DNA of 64,000 bases from Daphnia carinata (Eukaryota), in the NCBI RefSeq assembly GCF_022539665.2, contig NC_081334.1, forward strand, positions 1,364,001 through 1,428,000. Reading direction: 5' to 3'. The position numbers were made by a program, and so were the translations under genes. Positions 1 to 12,943 of this stretch are shown here, piece after piece. The stretch's first letter is position 1; every line of letters starts with the position of its first letter. Below the pieces are notes generated by a model that saw only the letters and a program-made list of their open reading frames with translations, ran no database searches and was not told the DNA's origin.

Positions 1-1101
1 GTACACTTTAAGTCGTCGAACAATCACGCACGTTGCTTTTACTTATTTAACCCAATAAAGAAAACGGGTGAATAAGATACACGTCGTGTTCACAAGGTTC
101 GGTTGTCAACAAACTAGAAGAACAGTTGTGCGAAAACAAAGCCAGGACATGCAACCAGCATCCGTAATAGCTATCAGAACTACCGGCGTAGATTAGCTCA
201 TGTAGGACCGTATGTGCAGCAAAACGAGTCACGACTATAACGATAACCGTTCTAAAATAAAAAATAAGGAAAAAAGTGGAAGAAAAATATGTTGGACTAG
301 CGGAATGTTGTTCAGGAACGGAATATTCTAATTACATATTAATCTAAGTCGGCCATAAAACGTGATATTAAACTTCGATGGGGGCAGTATCATTAGGAAG
401 TGGATGGACCACCTGAGCAACTGCAAGGGAGTCCGCAAAATTCGATAGCAATAAATGAAACGGGATAATGACTTCCTAAAACGACTTCAAGAAACGAGTG
501 CATTTTTCTCGATGAATGATGCAATCGCCCAAATTGATAAAACGAACAAGATTGCGGTTATTTAAATGGTCTGATTTGTTTTTGTAAAAAAAAAAAAAAA
601 AAAAAACGTAAATTTTTTTAGTGATATTTACACAGTATTGGAGGTCAATGTTCGTCAAACTGAAATGGTAACTGACAGCCCAACAGTTCGAGGAACTGCA
701 AAAATAGACTGAGCACGACATACAAGAAATACGATTAAGACATTATCGACCAACAACGGCGGCCATTATAGCACCTAAACACACTACGATCCAATTGTTT
801 TACATTTTCTCTCGTGCACTCCTTTACCTCTTTTGCAAATTCAGAAACTTTATTGAATCAATCTTAACTCTAATCTAAAACTTCAACATCAGATTGTTAC
901 AAAGTTAGACACGAAACGCCACCTCTCAAAAATAGAAACGAGCTGTTCAATTTTTATAACAATTCAAATGCTATTTACCTTGTTGCGAAGACTGACTCGG
1001 CTGCTATTTTCTCTGCTGAACATGGTGGACATGCAGTCAAATGTGCTGCACGCGACCCTTTTCTTTGTAACCGGTACAGCAAACTTTAACACACTGTCAA
1101 C
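1..1101 (-). other. Probable spliced 5' non-coding exons of a minus-strand gene continuing off the left edge
   Basis: Exon-like blocks bounded by AG/GT on the minus strand at about 1101-979, 774-724, 475-338 and from about 251 downward. No long ORF or recognisable protein after joining them. Confidence 0.35.
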
Positions 1102-2410
1102 CTAAAAGCACTGACTATACTGATGTTTACCAAACAGACAATTGAGAACAAAATAAAGGAATAAAACTATAAAAGCCCCAAGATGCTGTAACACACAGAA
1201 GATATTGGTCGATCCAATTCGTGAACACGCTGGTTCAATCAGAGACTAAGAAAGGCTCAGGATTGTGATATCAAAAAAGACAGAGATAGGGAGGTTTTCC
1301 GAGAGCTAGCTTCAGCGACCATCTGAAAGGTATGCCTAGACGTGTGTGCGAGCCGACTTGAAACATTGTGGTGTGAAATAGCCTAAGGCTAATCGCATTT
1401 GTGAATTGTTGCAAACTTAACATTTGTTTTGGTTTTTTGCAAACGAAAATAAGTTTTTTAAGGCAAGAGTGTTTCCGTTTGCTATGCAAATCGAGTCTTA
1501 TGAGCTGTTTTTTTTAAATTATTTAAATATAATTTTTATTTTTTTGCGAACTTTCCTGGAATCGACAACTCTAGTGTTTTCACTCTCTAAATAATGTCGA
1601 TAACGCATAAAATTCTTCAGAAAAGCTTAGAAATTTAAATTTTTTTAATACCGAACTATTTTTTTTTTAAATGATCTTTTGAATGATTCAAATGCACGGT
1701 CAGATTCCTTTTTTCCCTTCGCAAAAAGCCAGCTTCGTAGAACTCACACCAGAGGCCTTGAACTGACGCACTTGCGTGCATGATTCACCTTCAGTGGCTC
1801 CAGAGTGGCAAAGAATCCTCCCCTCTTTTTTTTCTGCTTGAATTTCGATATTAATCAAACGGTGTGACAGACCTTTTTCTAGCAATGTTAGTCTTTGTTT
1901 GTTCTGCTACTGACATTTTGTTATTTTCAGAACTTGCGTACGTTAATTTAGTTTGGATTCTGCGCAAAGATGCGAGTAGCAAGTTTTTCCCGACATGTCA
2001 GCGAAAATATAGCTCAAGCTTCAAATGTTACATATTGCCATATTTTCTTTTATATGTTTTTGGAATAATTTATAAAATAAACCTTCAGATAATGTCAGTT
2101 TTACAACAAGACGTTGATGATACTAATCAAAGGAATTTTTTTAATGAAAATAATATGAAAAAACTACGATAGTGATATGAATTCTAAGCTCTGTAAAACA
2201 AACAAACAACAATTAATTTTTTCTGTATTCAATAACTCAAGCTCATTCATAATATTTCCTACAAACATTGTTTGTGGGAAAGATGAGTACCTAGTTATGC
2301 AACATTTGGAAGAAAATAAGGTCTGTTTGTAACCCATCTCTTATATTAAAGTCACAAAAAAATGATCAAGTGTTGTTCACACCAGGTGGAAGCAAACAAT
2401 CAGCTTAAAA

Positions 2411-3026
2411 ATGGCTACAAGAAGACTCATAAATTACTTGTCCAGTAAGGAAATACGAGATTGGCTTATGAGGTAATTTTTGTCAAATATTAATAATATT
2501 TTGGGTCACAAATTATTCTATAATAGCTATAAAGAAACTTAATCCTACTTTTGATTTGATTGGAGTGATCCAACTTGTGAGTTTGTGGAGCTCTAAAAAC
2601 TTTGTACATAGATGCAATTTGACTCAAAATTTATATCATAAAAATAACTCACTGCCATATAACATAATCTTGAAATACCCTCTAGTGATAATCATCCTTT
2701 TAACTTTTCAGCACCCATTTTTGGGGGCCTGTTGCAACTTGGTCAATTCCTATAGCTGCTATTGCCGACACTCAAAAAGACGTTAATTTGATCAGTGGAA
2801 AAATGACATTTGGTAACCTTGCCTTTTAATTTCCAATTGTTTTTATATGTTTAAACTCCTCTTTTTTTCAGCTTTATTAATGTACTCTTCCATATTCATG
2901 AGATTCGCATGGAAAGTGAATCCACGTAACCTGCTTCTCCTATCTTGCCATTTTACTAACACATGTGCACAACTTACCCAGGGGACAAGATATTTGAATA
3001 ATAAGTATGGCAAAAAAAATATTTAA
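2411..3026 (+). CDS. MPC1: Mitochondrial pyruvate carrier 1-like (3 coding exons: 2411-2472, 2712-2812, 2872-3026)
   Basis: Spliced translation [105 protein letters not shown]. It matches MPC1 motifs (MSTHFWGP, ISGxMTFAL, FMRFAxKVxPRN, CH). Introns are GT-AG. Missed by the ORF track. Confidence 0.92.
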
Positions 3027-3450
3027 GTAATGTTTGTCAATTTGACATTCTAGTCATAAATACCTTGTTTAGTGGGTATGTTTTATGGAGATATTACTCC
3101 AATTTTCTCAATAAGCTGATATTTTATTTGATCAACAGCAAATGTATGTTGTGTGATTCTAGTCACTTGAGCTTCTAACTAAATACTGTAATTATTGTAC
3201 TTTCTGTGTACAACGTTCACATTATCCAAGGTTTTCCTCAAAAATTCTTGAAAAAGACTGAATCCAAACTGTGTATTATTCTTAGAATAAGGATTTAAAT
3301 TAGGACAACTGTATTGCTTGTCTTCATCTCCTGTAACTGATGGACTTGGGAGAGTACAAAATTGGTAACATTTTCACACGAATGTCTGTTCAAAATTAAA
3401 ACACATTTTGTATAGGAAAACATTGGACAACTCAAACACTACTTAAAAAA

Positions 3451-6400
3451 TTAGAAGGGTGATTGACGTCTATTTAATAAAGGGGAAGAGGTGCTAGGAG
3501 ATGAGTGATGTGACCGAGGGTAAATCCCTGAGTTGTGAAGCGGGGAATCATTATCCACGCTCCAGAGTTGCGGTCCACGTTTAATAAAGGGCGAGCCATA
3601 TGCCGGAGCCTCCGGAATCCCATTGGGTGGTAGAAATGCGACAGGATTTGACGTTACTCGATATGAGGACCATCCGGCGAAGGCACGGTAACCTTCAAAA
3701 TAAAATGATCAAGTTGTGTATAAAAGTAAAAATTAAATTGTGTTTAAAACAAAATGTTTAACAATTCAACGTTACCTATATATATGGCTGCGCAAGTCCC
3801 AAGTAGAGAAAGGACACTAATTGCTCTTTCTTGAACAAACTGCCACACGGAAGTTAATACGTTTACCCACGTTGCGTCGGGCACACACTGAACGTGATCA
3901 CCGAATAATTTAATTTTCACCGGGATTTCGATTTGCTGTCCTGACAACGGGCTCCGAATTGTGATGAATAAAGACGTTCTACTGTTTTCGCTTAGATACC
4001 CTGGGTTGAACCGTACAGGTATCTTGATACTCTTCGGCGACGGGTGTTGAGGACCATAAATGCTTAAAGCAGAACTATCACTGCTAATGAACTCCAGTTG
4101 CTATAAACGAATCCAAATAAAATTTCATCATTTGCTACAAAACAATCAATTTTGAGGAATTTACCTGAAGTACATTCGATTTCCCTGTTACGATAAGATG
4201 TGAGGCAGGCTGGAGATCACTGACATGGACTTCTGGTGTCTGAACAAACACGGCAGGGTAGAAAGGCATCTTCATTTGAGCAACAACATTAGAAAACCGA
4301 GCTTTTAGCACAACATCAGTGTCCAGTGTGCTGCTCGCCACAGTTGGATTTCCTACTGCTTTAATAACACACTGATAGAATCCCGTTTTGGGATCAAATT
4401 CGGCTTTTGAAATGAAAATATCTTCAATGTTGATTTCACTTTCAACATCAAATGAAAGTGAACAAGTGAGAAGTGGTGTACGAGAACGCGTAAAACGAGT
4501 CACAGCCTCAGTACTGCAATTGTCTCCTATGAGACTGCTACCAGTCTGACGTAGACTCAGGGCGAAAAACTGGCCAGCCCGTCGTGCATCGGTAATAACC
4601 TTTTCCGACGTTTCTTCGAAACGTAGCGAAGAAATAGGGACAGTTGTCACTTCGGTTGATGTGCTTTGTTTTTCAGAAATGCTGTAAGTCACTTCACTTG
4701 TTCCCGTTCCAACAACTATCGCCACTCCTGTATCCTGGTCTATGTCAATAATTTTAACGTCTGCTGACCATTTGCTACGTCCTCCACTCAATGGCAGTAC
4801 GTGGGTTGAAAAACACACCACATCTCCTAACACAAGGTCAACCTTTATCATAGAAAAACACAAAAACATTTACTCAAAGTAACCTAGAAATTTGAAATAC
4901 AAATATTCTTACTTGCTGGGGTCGAAGCACGTCGGCCACATCGAATCGAAGGTAGTCTTTAAGCCCTGGATTTAATTCATCGTATAGATGCAAAATAGTT
5001 TGGCCAACTTTGTCCGCATGAACAATCAATGTCGAGTTGTCTGGGTCGAACGATAGCCGAATCAAATCAAATCGGCTAGGACGGAACGTCAGTTGATTGC
5101 GTACGGCATGGAAAGAGCGTCCAAGAGCGTCTCGGTAGCTTAATCGAAGCTCCAAGTCAAAGCCTCGAGGAATGACTGATACACGAGCTGTGGGTGCCAC
5201 ATTCAAAAGCGGAGAAGCAGTCAACATGATGTAGGATACAGAGCGCACCTAAAAATTCAACAAGAAACACGATTGAAAATTATCTATCAAACAAAACGTA
5301 ATAGGTTATCACCTCCACTAGCGTGCTTAAAGATTGTGCTACTCCGTAGTTGTTAACAGCCGTTGTAATGAGTGACGAATGGCCCAAAGAACGGCCTGAT
5401 CGAATATTTCCTTTGCTATCTGAACGGATAATGTCATTCGATCCTGCTACTGTATACTCAATGGAAGCCGCCGAATCCAGATTGGTTCTCAAATTGAGTT
5501 CCGTACTTGGCATCATAACAATCACGTCGCCAGTCGTTGGGTAGGGGTTAACAAGCTGTAGTGACTCATAGACTTGAATTGAAATTTCATCTGTCAGTTC
5601 CGCATGTTGTAGTTGACCAGAAGGTGGCCGGGAAGAAACTTTAACCTTCAGAGTTGTGTGGCCCGGCTGTAAAGCCCTAAAACGTGACGCAAAGTAGCTG
5701 CCGCTTGACAATGGATTCAAGCCGCTATGCTGGAAAGGGCTTGAAACTTGGCCCGATTGGTGATCAGTCAAAAGCCATTCGACTTCAAGAGGAGGGTTGC
5801 AAGTTCCAAAGGCAAACGGTACTTCAAAGTCATCAAGACCCGTAAGATATACAGGCATTTCAGTGCCTTGTCGTAAACGAGTTAGTGGAGCCACAATGCG
5901 GATCCCTGACAGACGTACTACATGGACATCAACCTGGTCTTGTGAATAGATCCGTGGCCTTCCTGTTTGCCGATCAATCCCCACTGCCCGAGCAAACAGT
6001 TTGGTGCGTCCAAGTTGAATCGCATCAACAATTCCGTTTGAAGTACAGGTTGCGGTTTGTTCGTTTTCAAGAGTATACTCTACTACAGCGTCTGGCTGCG
6101 GTCCGCCGGAACTCACCTATAAAAAAACAAGTCAGTAATGCTAATATCGATTATAGACGAAATTATACTAACCACTTGCATCGTAGCTCCTAAAACAAGT
6201 GTGACATTCCGAGGACTGAGTTTCAACGGGGCAAACACTTGCACATTTACAACTGAACTGTGAACAGCGGCCGAGCTGAAAGCGACAGTAGTTTCGCCTA
6301 ATGCAACTCCTTCCAGTGTGTGATGTAAGCCTTCACTGGCTTTGACGCGAACAATGGATGATCCAAGGTGAGGTTGTAGTTTCACAAAATGTAACACATT

Positions 6401-9400
6401 TGCTCCCAAAGGGTGACCTAACGTATCAAACAACTGAACGTTCATCGGTACACTGTTGCCCTGTTCAATTTTGTCAGACACTTGTAACTCGATACGCGAA
6501 ATCCCCACAACCTGTTATAATCGAGTATGGAATGCAGGGATATTTTAAATGAATTTGCAGATGAATAGGAAAGTAATTACCTGGATCGTGGTAGTGGCAG
6601 GTTGCCGCGTCCACAAGCATTGGTCAGTTACTGTTATTTTCAATTCACCGTTCATTAAAGGAGATACCTAAACGCACAAAATCAGTTATTTAATAAATAA
6701 TAGAATAAGGCCATTTAAGGTCCTTTACCAAAACGGATCGGTTCGCAGCATTGTAATCCACATGAGCAATATGTTTGGGTTCATAATCCAAATGGAAGCT
6801 TCCAGATCCATCAGTCAGATACAGCAACATCTATAAAACAAAGTGCAATAAGCAGGAGAGGAAAAGAAAGTTGAAAGAATGAATGAAACTGGGATAAAAT
6901 TTGGTGATCATTACAAAAAAATGTTTTGCTTTGTTTTAGATATTTTTACTTGAACTCTACTACTATGCTTAAAACGAACATCGCATTCCAGCCCATTAAA
7001 AAAATATTACCCTTAACCTTCAAGTGAATTATTTCAACCAAGAGGGCAAGTAAAGTATTCCCAGTCAGTTTAACTGGTAAAAGACATGCATAATTGGAAG
7101 TAAAAACTATAAACGTATAAAAGAATGCAATAGAATGTGTGCTGATTTAATAACGTTATGCAGCAACATCCTGTAACGAGTTAAAATAAGGCAAGTCGTT
7201 ATACTATCCATGAAAAACTAAACATTTTGAAAACTAAATAGCAGATCCCGATAAATCACTATGACGAAAATGGATAAGACAAAAGAAATACCTTATTTTG
7301 GGGGTGGTTGTAAAGTGATTCTCCGATTGAAGCAATTTTTACATCATCAACAAGAATCAAATCAATCGTGCTAGTTAGTATTTCGCTGACTTCCTCTTCT
7401 TCGTCTAATGAGGTTTGGGATGAAGCTGGAATCAGCGAAGGCTGGGCGATTAAATTCAACATACGCAGCACGTACGGCTTGTATCCAACAATTCGGACGG
7501 TCACATCCAGTGGTCCAGTTTTACCGGCAGGCTTAAACATACGATAGCCTAGGCAGGATATATTTGAACTATACTGAGAAAACGTATTTATATTCGAACT
7601 TACTCCGCCTGAACTTTGGGTATCCATTTACTTGTTCGGTATCAACCAAGAGTCCTTCCTTGTTAAGTTTCCCAAGTTCCGTATGTGAAAGAGACCATTC
7701 TAATTCTACGCTGGAATAATTGTCCAATTTGCGGCCCTTTTCATCTTTTACCACCGTTATTAACTTTAGATCAAGGTAAGCTTGCGTGGCTACTCTTTGT
7801 GTAGTGGTGTCGATTGTGCATGGGAGTTTACTTTCGTCGGGAACTCGTATTTCGGGCATCAAATGAATTTTTCCAGGGTGTGCACAAGAAACCTGGAAAT
7901 TATAAATTATTCTTTCCATTAACGACATTTAAGAAATTAAAATTTGATACACGACGTACCTTGATTTGAATCGAAGCTTGCACTGGATACATGTTAGAAG
8001 CAGAAGCAATGTTTCCAACCCGGTATACGACTTCCGTATCACCAATTTGGCGACATAACACTTCCACTTGGAAAACGTCTTTATTAATATGCCTACTGTC
8101 CGTAACGGCTTGCAACTGACCAACAGAAGCAACGGTTTCATTTTTAACGCTAACTGTTTTAAAAAGGAGATGTAATCAGTAAACTTTTCATTAAAATTAA
8201 TAAGAAAACCTACTTTTACGGAAATGGCCTGATGGTTTGTTTATCCAAGGGAGAGGCCCACCTTCAAAAACAATTAGCCGAGAAGATCCCAATGCTAACA
8301 CAGTTTCTTGTTTAACCGGTTCTATATGGCGGAGTTTCCGAAAAGACGCCAAAGTTACGCTATCTTTCACAGCCATGTTTTCGCCAGCAAATATGAGAGC
8401 CAATTTTGTTACTGATATGCCCGTAGCATGGACAGGAATTGATCGGCAGCCCGTAATTTTGGGGGTATCTTTTGCCAAGGGACCAATATGAAAATTCTTC
8501 TTATCGCTTAACTCCATCTCAATCCATACGTCTGAGCAATCGTTGAATGCAATTTTCTCTCCATTAGGCAATCGGGTCATCATGGCCACGGGTACATTGA
8601 TGGAGCTACCTTCTTCAATTTCAACTACGTGATTCAAAATGCTCATATTGAAGGGCGGAAGAACATAGAGCTGTAAATAGACAATAATTAATTGGGGTTG
8701 TTCGGTAAAATTTACAATCTATACGTACAGCAGCATCGCCACGCAAATGCGGATATTTCGGAACACTGGCCGAAATATTACACCAGCCTTGTCCTACAGT
8801 TTTGGCTAGACCAGCTTGCGAAACTGCTGCAAACGATGTGTTGGACGACGAAAAATAGTGCGACGATACACCTCCAGCAGCCTTATACTTGATTTCATGT
8901 CGGGGTTGCATTATTGGATCCCAAGCAAGCACTTGTATAGGAGGAGTCACGCTTATGCTCTCAAAGATCTCCAGGTCGGCACTGGCTTTTAATGTCGGAT
9001 TTAGTTCAAGTTCAGTGCCATCCGTCAGCTTGATGGAGCGTAAAGACGCTTTAACCTATAAAAGAGTACAGCCAACCGCAAATAATATACATTAGATTTT
9101 GTTTAAGATAATGATTTCTATTCGTCACCTTATGTACTCCAAGTAGGGAAGCTTTGCCAGGATGATACGTGCCATTTTTTGTGGCTTTGTCAACTGTGAA
9201 CGATTTAGGAATATTTACATGGACAGAGAGATCGTCGTTTGGCTGGATCAAATTGCCATGTTCATCAAACAATTCCACCTGATGCGTTGGAAAGAAAAAA
9301 ATTTGCTGGACATTCGATAAGAGTAGGTAGCATTTAAAGTATTTACGATAACGGCATGATTTCTGCCAAGAAACGTTGCCCAGCTTCGCTCAGGCAACAG

Positions 9401-11626
9401 CGCCAATGAAAGACGATGAGGGTGAACGACATTGACAATCACGTACGGAGCGTGGCTTACATCAGGATCTTTCATGTTTCTGTCGCGTAAACGGACGTGA
9501 GTCGATCCAAGTCCCAAAGCCTGTCGTTGAAAATAATTGAATATAAAAGACTTCTACTGAAAACCGTTCGAACATGCTGGTGTGTGTATCCTTACCCGTA
9601 CGGAGCCGGTAGTATCGATGGTGGCGCTCACTTTAGGGTCATCGGCCTCAAGGTAATATTGAGATGAAGGTAAAGAAATTACTTCCGCTTTTCCTTGTCG
9701 AATTTGACTCAAGCGTAAAGGTACAGTAGTTCCCGGGAGAAGATAAAGTTCTGGCGGATCAAGCACTAAGTTTGCGACTACCACAATGTTAACATCCACA
9801 GTAGGAACATTCTGCATCAAGATACGAGCATTTAGCAATTAGTATTACTATTTGTTAGCGAACGCATAAATGAAAATGATCTTTACCTTGAAAATTTCAT
9901 CTTCAAGCCGAACCGAAACTTTTGCGGAGCCCGTACGTAAACCTTCAATTAGAATGACGTGGCCCTGGTAACCGAGTGTCTCGAGTGCAGCAATGGACGG
10001 TTTTACTTCGTATGAGGAGTCAGAAAATTGAACCCAACGTAATACAGGTTCATTTCCCATTTCGGGATCCGTCGAATGACCTTCAAACGTCCATCGGAAC
10101 ACTAGACCGTCCACGCTAGAAAATTCATTTCCTATGTACGATAAGGTATTTCATTAGTTTTGTTTGTCATTTTTGGTAAGGGTAGCAATTACCTTGGTCA
10201 TCTGATGCCCTAGCATAGAACTCTTCAGGTGCGTCTTCTATGAAAAGTTCACGAGTTTTCATTGCAATTTGAATACTACGGATGTGATTGAGAATGACAT
10301 CACAGCGAAGAAGTTCTCCAGTGTCTGACAGTAAAAAATCGGCAAGTTAATGGCAAAATTCTGATGAATTATCTTTAAATAAGTTGACCGACTTATTTCT
10401 TGTGCCAATACGATGGCAGATGTCTTATGAGTTGAACTTCCTGCAGAGGTAACGACAGCATTCCTTGAACATCCGGTATCGTCAGAAAGTGGGATGATTT
10501 TTATTGCTTCTGGCCGTGAGGAAGACCTAATCCAAAGAAGAAGAAAGTGTGATAAGTAAACTGGAAAAGAATATACTAGCTACTATAATGGCTTAATTAA
10601 TTTTATAAATTTCGCACCGAAGTTTAATTGTACTAGTAGCATAGCGCTTGGTTTTCCTTATTGCACTACCTCTTGAAGCATTTGACAAATTAATTTGTTC
10701 TTTCTCCCATAACGTAATAAACATGTCGACCAAAAATAATTCATTCAATGCTTCCGTTTCGAGTAATTATTTGGGGTTGACAACAAATGCCCTTTCTTTT
10801 ACTGCTAAAGAAATTTCGAAGGACAAATAGTTATTCAGTTTGAGGTACTGTTTCAACATCACTCTATGTCATTAAGAAAACTTAGAGTAAATTTAACTTT
10901 CATTACAAAATAATGAAGCACACACTGTAAAGATGCTCTTTTAAGGAGCAGAAAAAAAAACTGGGGTGTGTTATAGAATGCAAGATGGCATAAAATTGAT
11001 GATTTGCCAAATGAAATGTTAGCAAAACATTATCAACCACTTCCTTTAAGAGTACTTTTTCTTGCTCATTTTCAATCTACACTGAAATAAAGACAGAGTA
11101 AACTATTATAAAGGTAAAGTTAAAATTCCAAAGTTAAAGATGGAAAATTAAACAAGCACACAGACAACACCATTTCTAACTTCGCAAGTGGTTACAAACA
11201 GTGGCAGGATTGCTAAACATAGAGAAGGATTGAATCTGAGAAAACCTCAATCTAAATTTTCAGATGGGTATGATAATTATGTTAGAAACTGAATTCTTAT
11301 ATGATGCATTTGTATGTAACACACACAATCAAATATGTGAAAGTGTCCCGGTAGACAAATGCATATTCAAGAACTCGTAATATTTGAAAGACATTTTCGA
11401 ACCCTGCATAAAATGTCTAATAAAGGTTCAAATGGAAGTATTGCTTGAAGGTAAACATGCAAGAATTACCCGTGTAAACTTACCACGTGTAGCAGCCTCC
11501 ATCGGATACTTCCAATGTGAAATTTACCGGTGTTTTTGGAGAGATCGGTAACAAGACACGAGGTACGTTAAGTTTTGATGGTGAGGCGAGGGCTGCGAAA
11601 AGCAGCAATAGAAAAGTTCGAATCAT
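3451..11626 (-). CDS. NUP210: Nuclear pore membrane glycoprotein 210 (gp210), multi-exon
   Basis: Signal peptide and N-terminus MIRTFLLLLFAALASPSKLNVPRVLLP...GGCYTW. Hallmark segments include LRCDVI, LIEGLRTGSAKVSVRL, VFEGGPLPW, GGPQPDAVVEY, LSYRDALGRSFH and a series of Ig-like beta-rich exons. A single TM (ISVLSLLGTCAAIYIGY) precedes an S/P-rich tail ending ...RRQSPF* at 3451. Confidence 0.95.
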
Positions 11627-12943
11627 TGTGAAAAATTCGTAACTCATAAGAATACACAAACGTTTTAAAATTTCAAAATTCGATTCCGATACAGCGTATT
11701 GTGAATTCTGCTATACTGTTTTTGTGGCGCTGTTTTATTAAGTACAACTGCTGGATATTCCAGGCCAGCCGCACTGCCACAACCGCCTCAACTGTCGAAT
11801 TCCCAGCCCCCAAGTTGAAAACATGATAAGGAAGCGACACCTTACAGCCAAATTTTCGACTAATGGCGATAGGGAAAACAATATATATCTATGTCAATAA
11901 AAAAGAAAACTAAAAGTAATAAAAAGTTAGGTATATCCTTGAATTTCGGCAACGTCGTTAGGTATTACTCGATTGCTGAAAAAATTCAGACAAGAGAGCG
12001 TCTTTTTCTGTATTTACAAAGGCTTCCAAATTTCGACTGTTTCTTTTTTTTCGTTATGTCCTAGCGAGTTATTCGTTCTTCCGGTCGGAAGCTATGCTAT
12101 TTTTGTCCGTCAGTCAACGTAGACGGTATTAGCTTTTTGTCAAATGCCCTGCTGTCTTAGCAGAATGCATTCCATGGCCTATAAATGAAGAACTTGCAAA
12201 ATATCATAGTGGCAAATTCTATCTCTATCGGAATAAGTTTGTTGTAAGGTTGCACAAAAGAAGAAAGCAAAAAGGAAACGAACCGAAATGATGACCATAC
12301 CTTTTTCGTAATATTTCTTTGCTGGAGATATGTATTCTGAAGTAAAAATCATGATTGGCATTTGAAACTAGCGAACCAATCTGCCATCCCAGCCTACACT
12401 TGAAGATGATAAATGGTTGGATAACACGCGATGTGTTACACTATTCAGCTATGCCACGGGAAAATAATAATCCGCATTCCAGAAGAGGCAATGACATCTG
12501 CGGTAGCCGATTAGATTCCTAGTTAAAAGTAGATTAGCAAAGGACAAATATCACAGTTTGTAGCTCACTAGAATGATTGAAATTAGTTGAAAACTAGCCC
12601 TTTGGAAGTAATTTTAATGCATACAATGCATAATTTTAATCATCTGTTATTACACAGTGATTCTTCAGAATCTCCCAACGTTGCTAAGAAATTTATCATT
12701 CTCATTAACACAAATAAAGGAGGCTATTTTCCTTAGGAATGGTGCCATACATGCAGTCAGACGTTCAAACCAAACGACCGGATTGCAAAATATTAGCGAA
12801 GATGGTAAAATTTCTTAACCACAGCATGTATAAAATAAAAGCAAATGAAGACGTAACATTGAATTTTTTTAGATCACGTACTGCACAAAACACATTTGAG
12901 ACAAATGCAAGAACAATTTGAGTTGTCTTTTTACAGGATTTGA

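Noticed and set aside
380..420. Minus-strand TCC-TAA-T context resembling the antizyme +1 frameshift site
   Set aside because: The canonical site is UCC-UGA with conserved flanks, and no antizyme-like ORF2 follows.
515..575. ATGATG...CTGA pattern suggestive of a C/D snoRNA
   Set aside because: Imperfect C box, antisense to the presumed host transcript, no terminal stem or recognisable guide.
11755..11782. Minus-strand TGGCAGTGCGGCTGGCCTGG resembling miR-34
   Set aside because: Several mismatches after the seed and no pre-miRNA hairpin; lies in the NUP210 promoter region.
12179..12361. Small ORF with a signal-peptide-like stretch (MVIISVRFLFAFFFCATLQQTYS)
   Set aside because: Hydrophobicity is explained by T-rich intron-like sequence following a GTATGG donor-like site; no supporting exons or homology.
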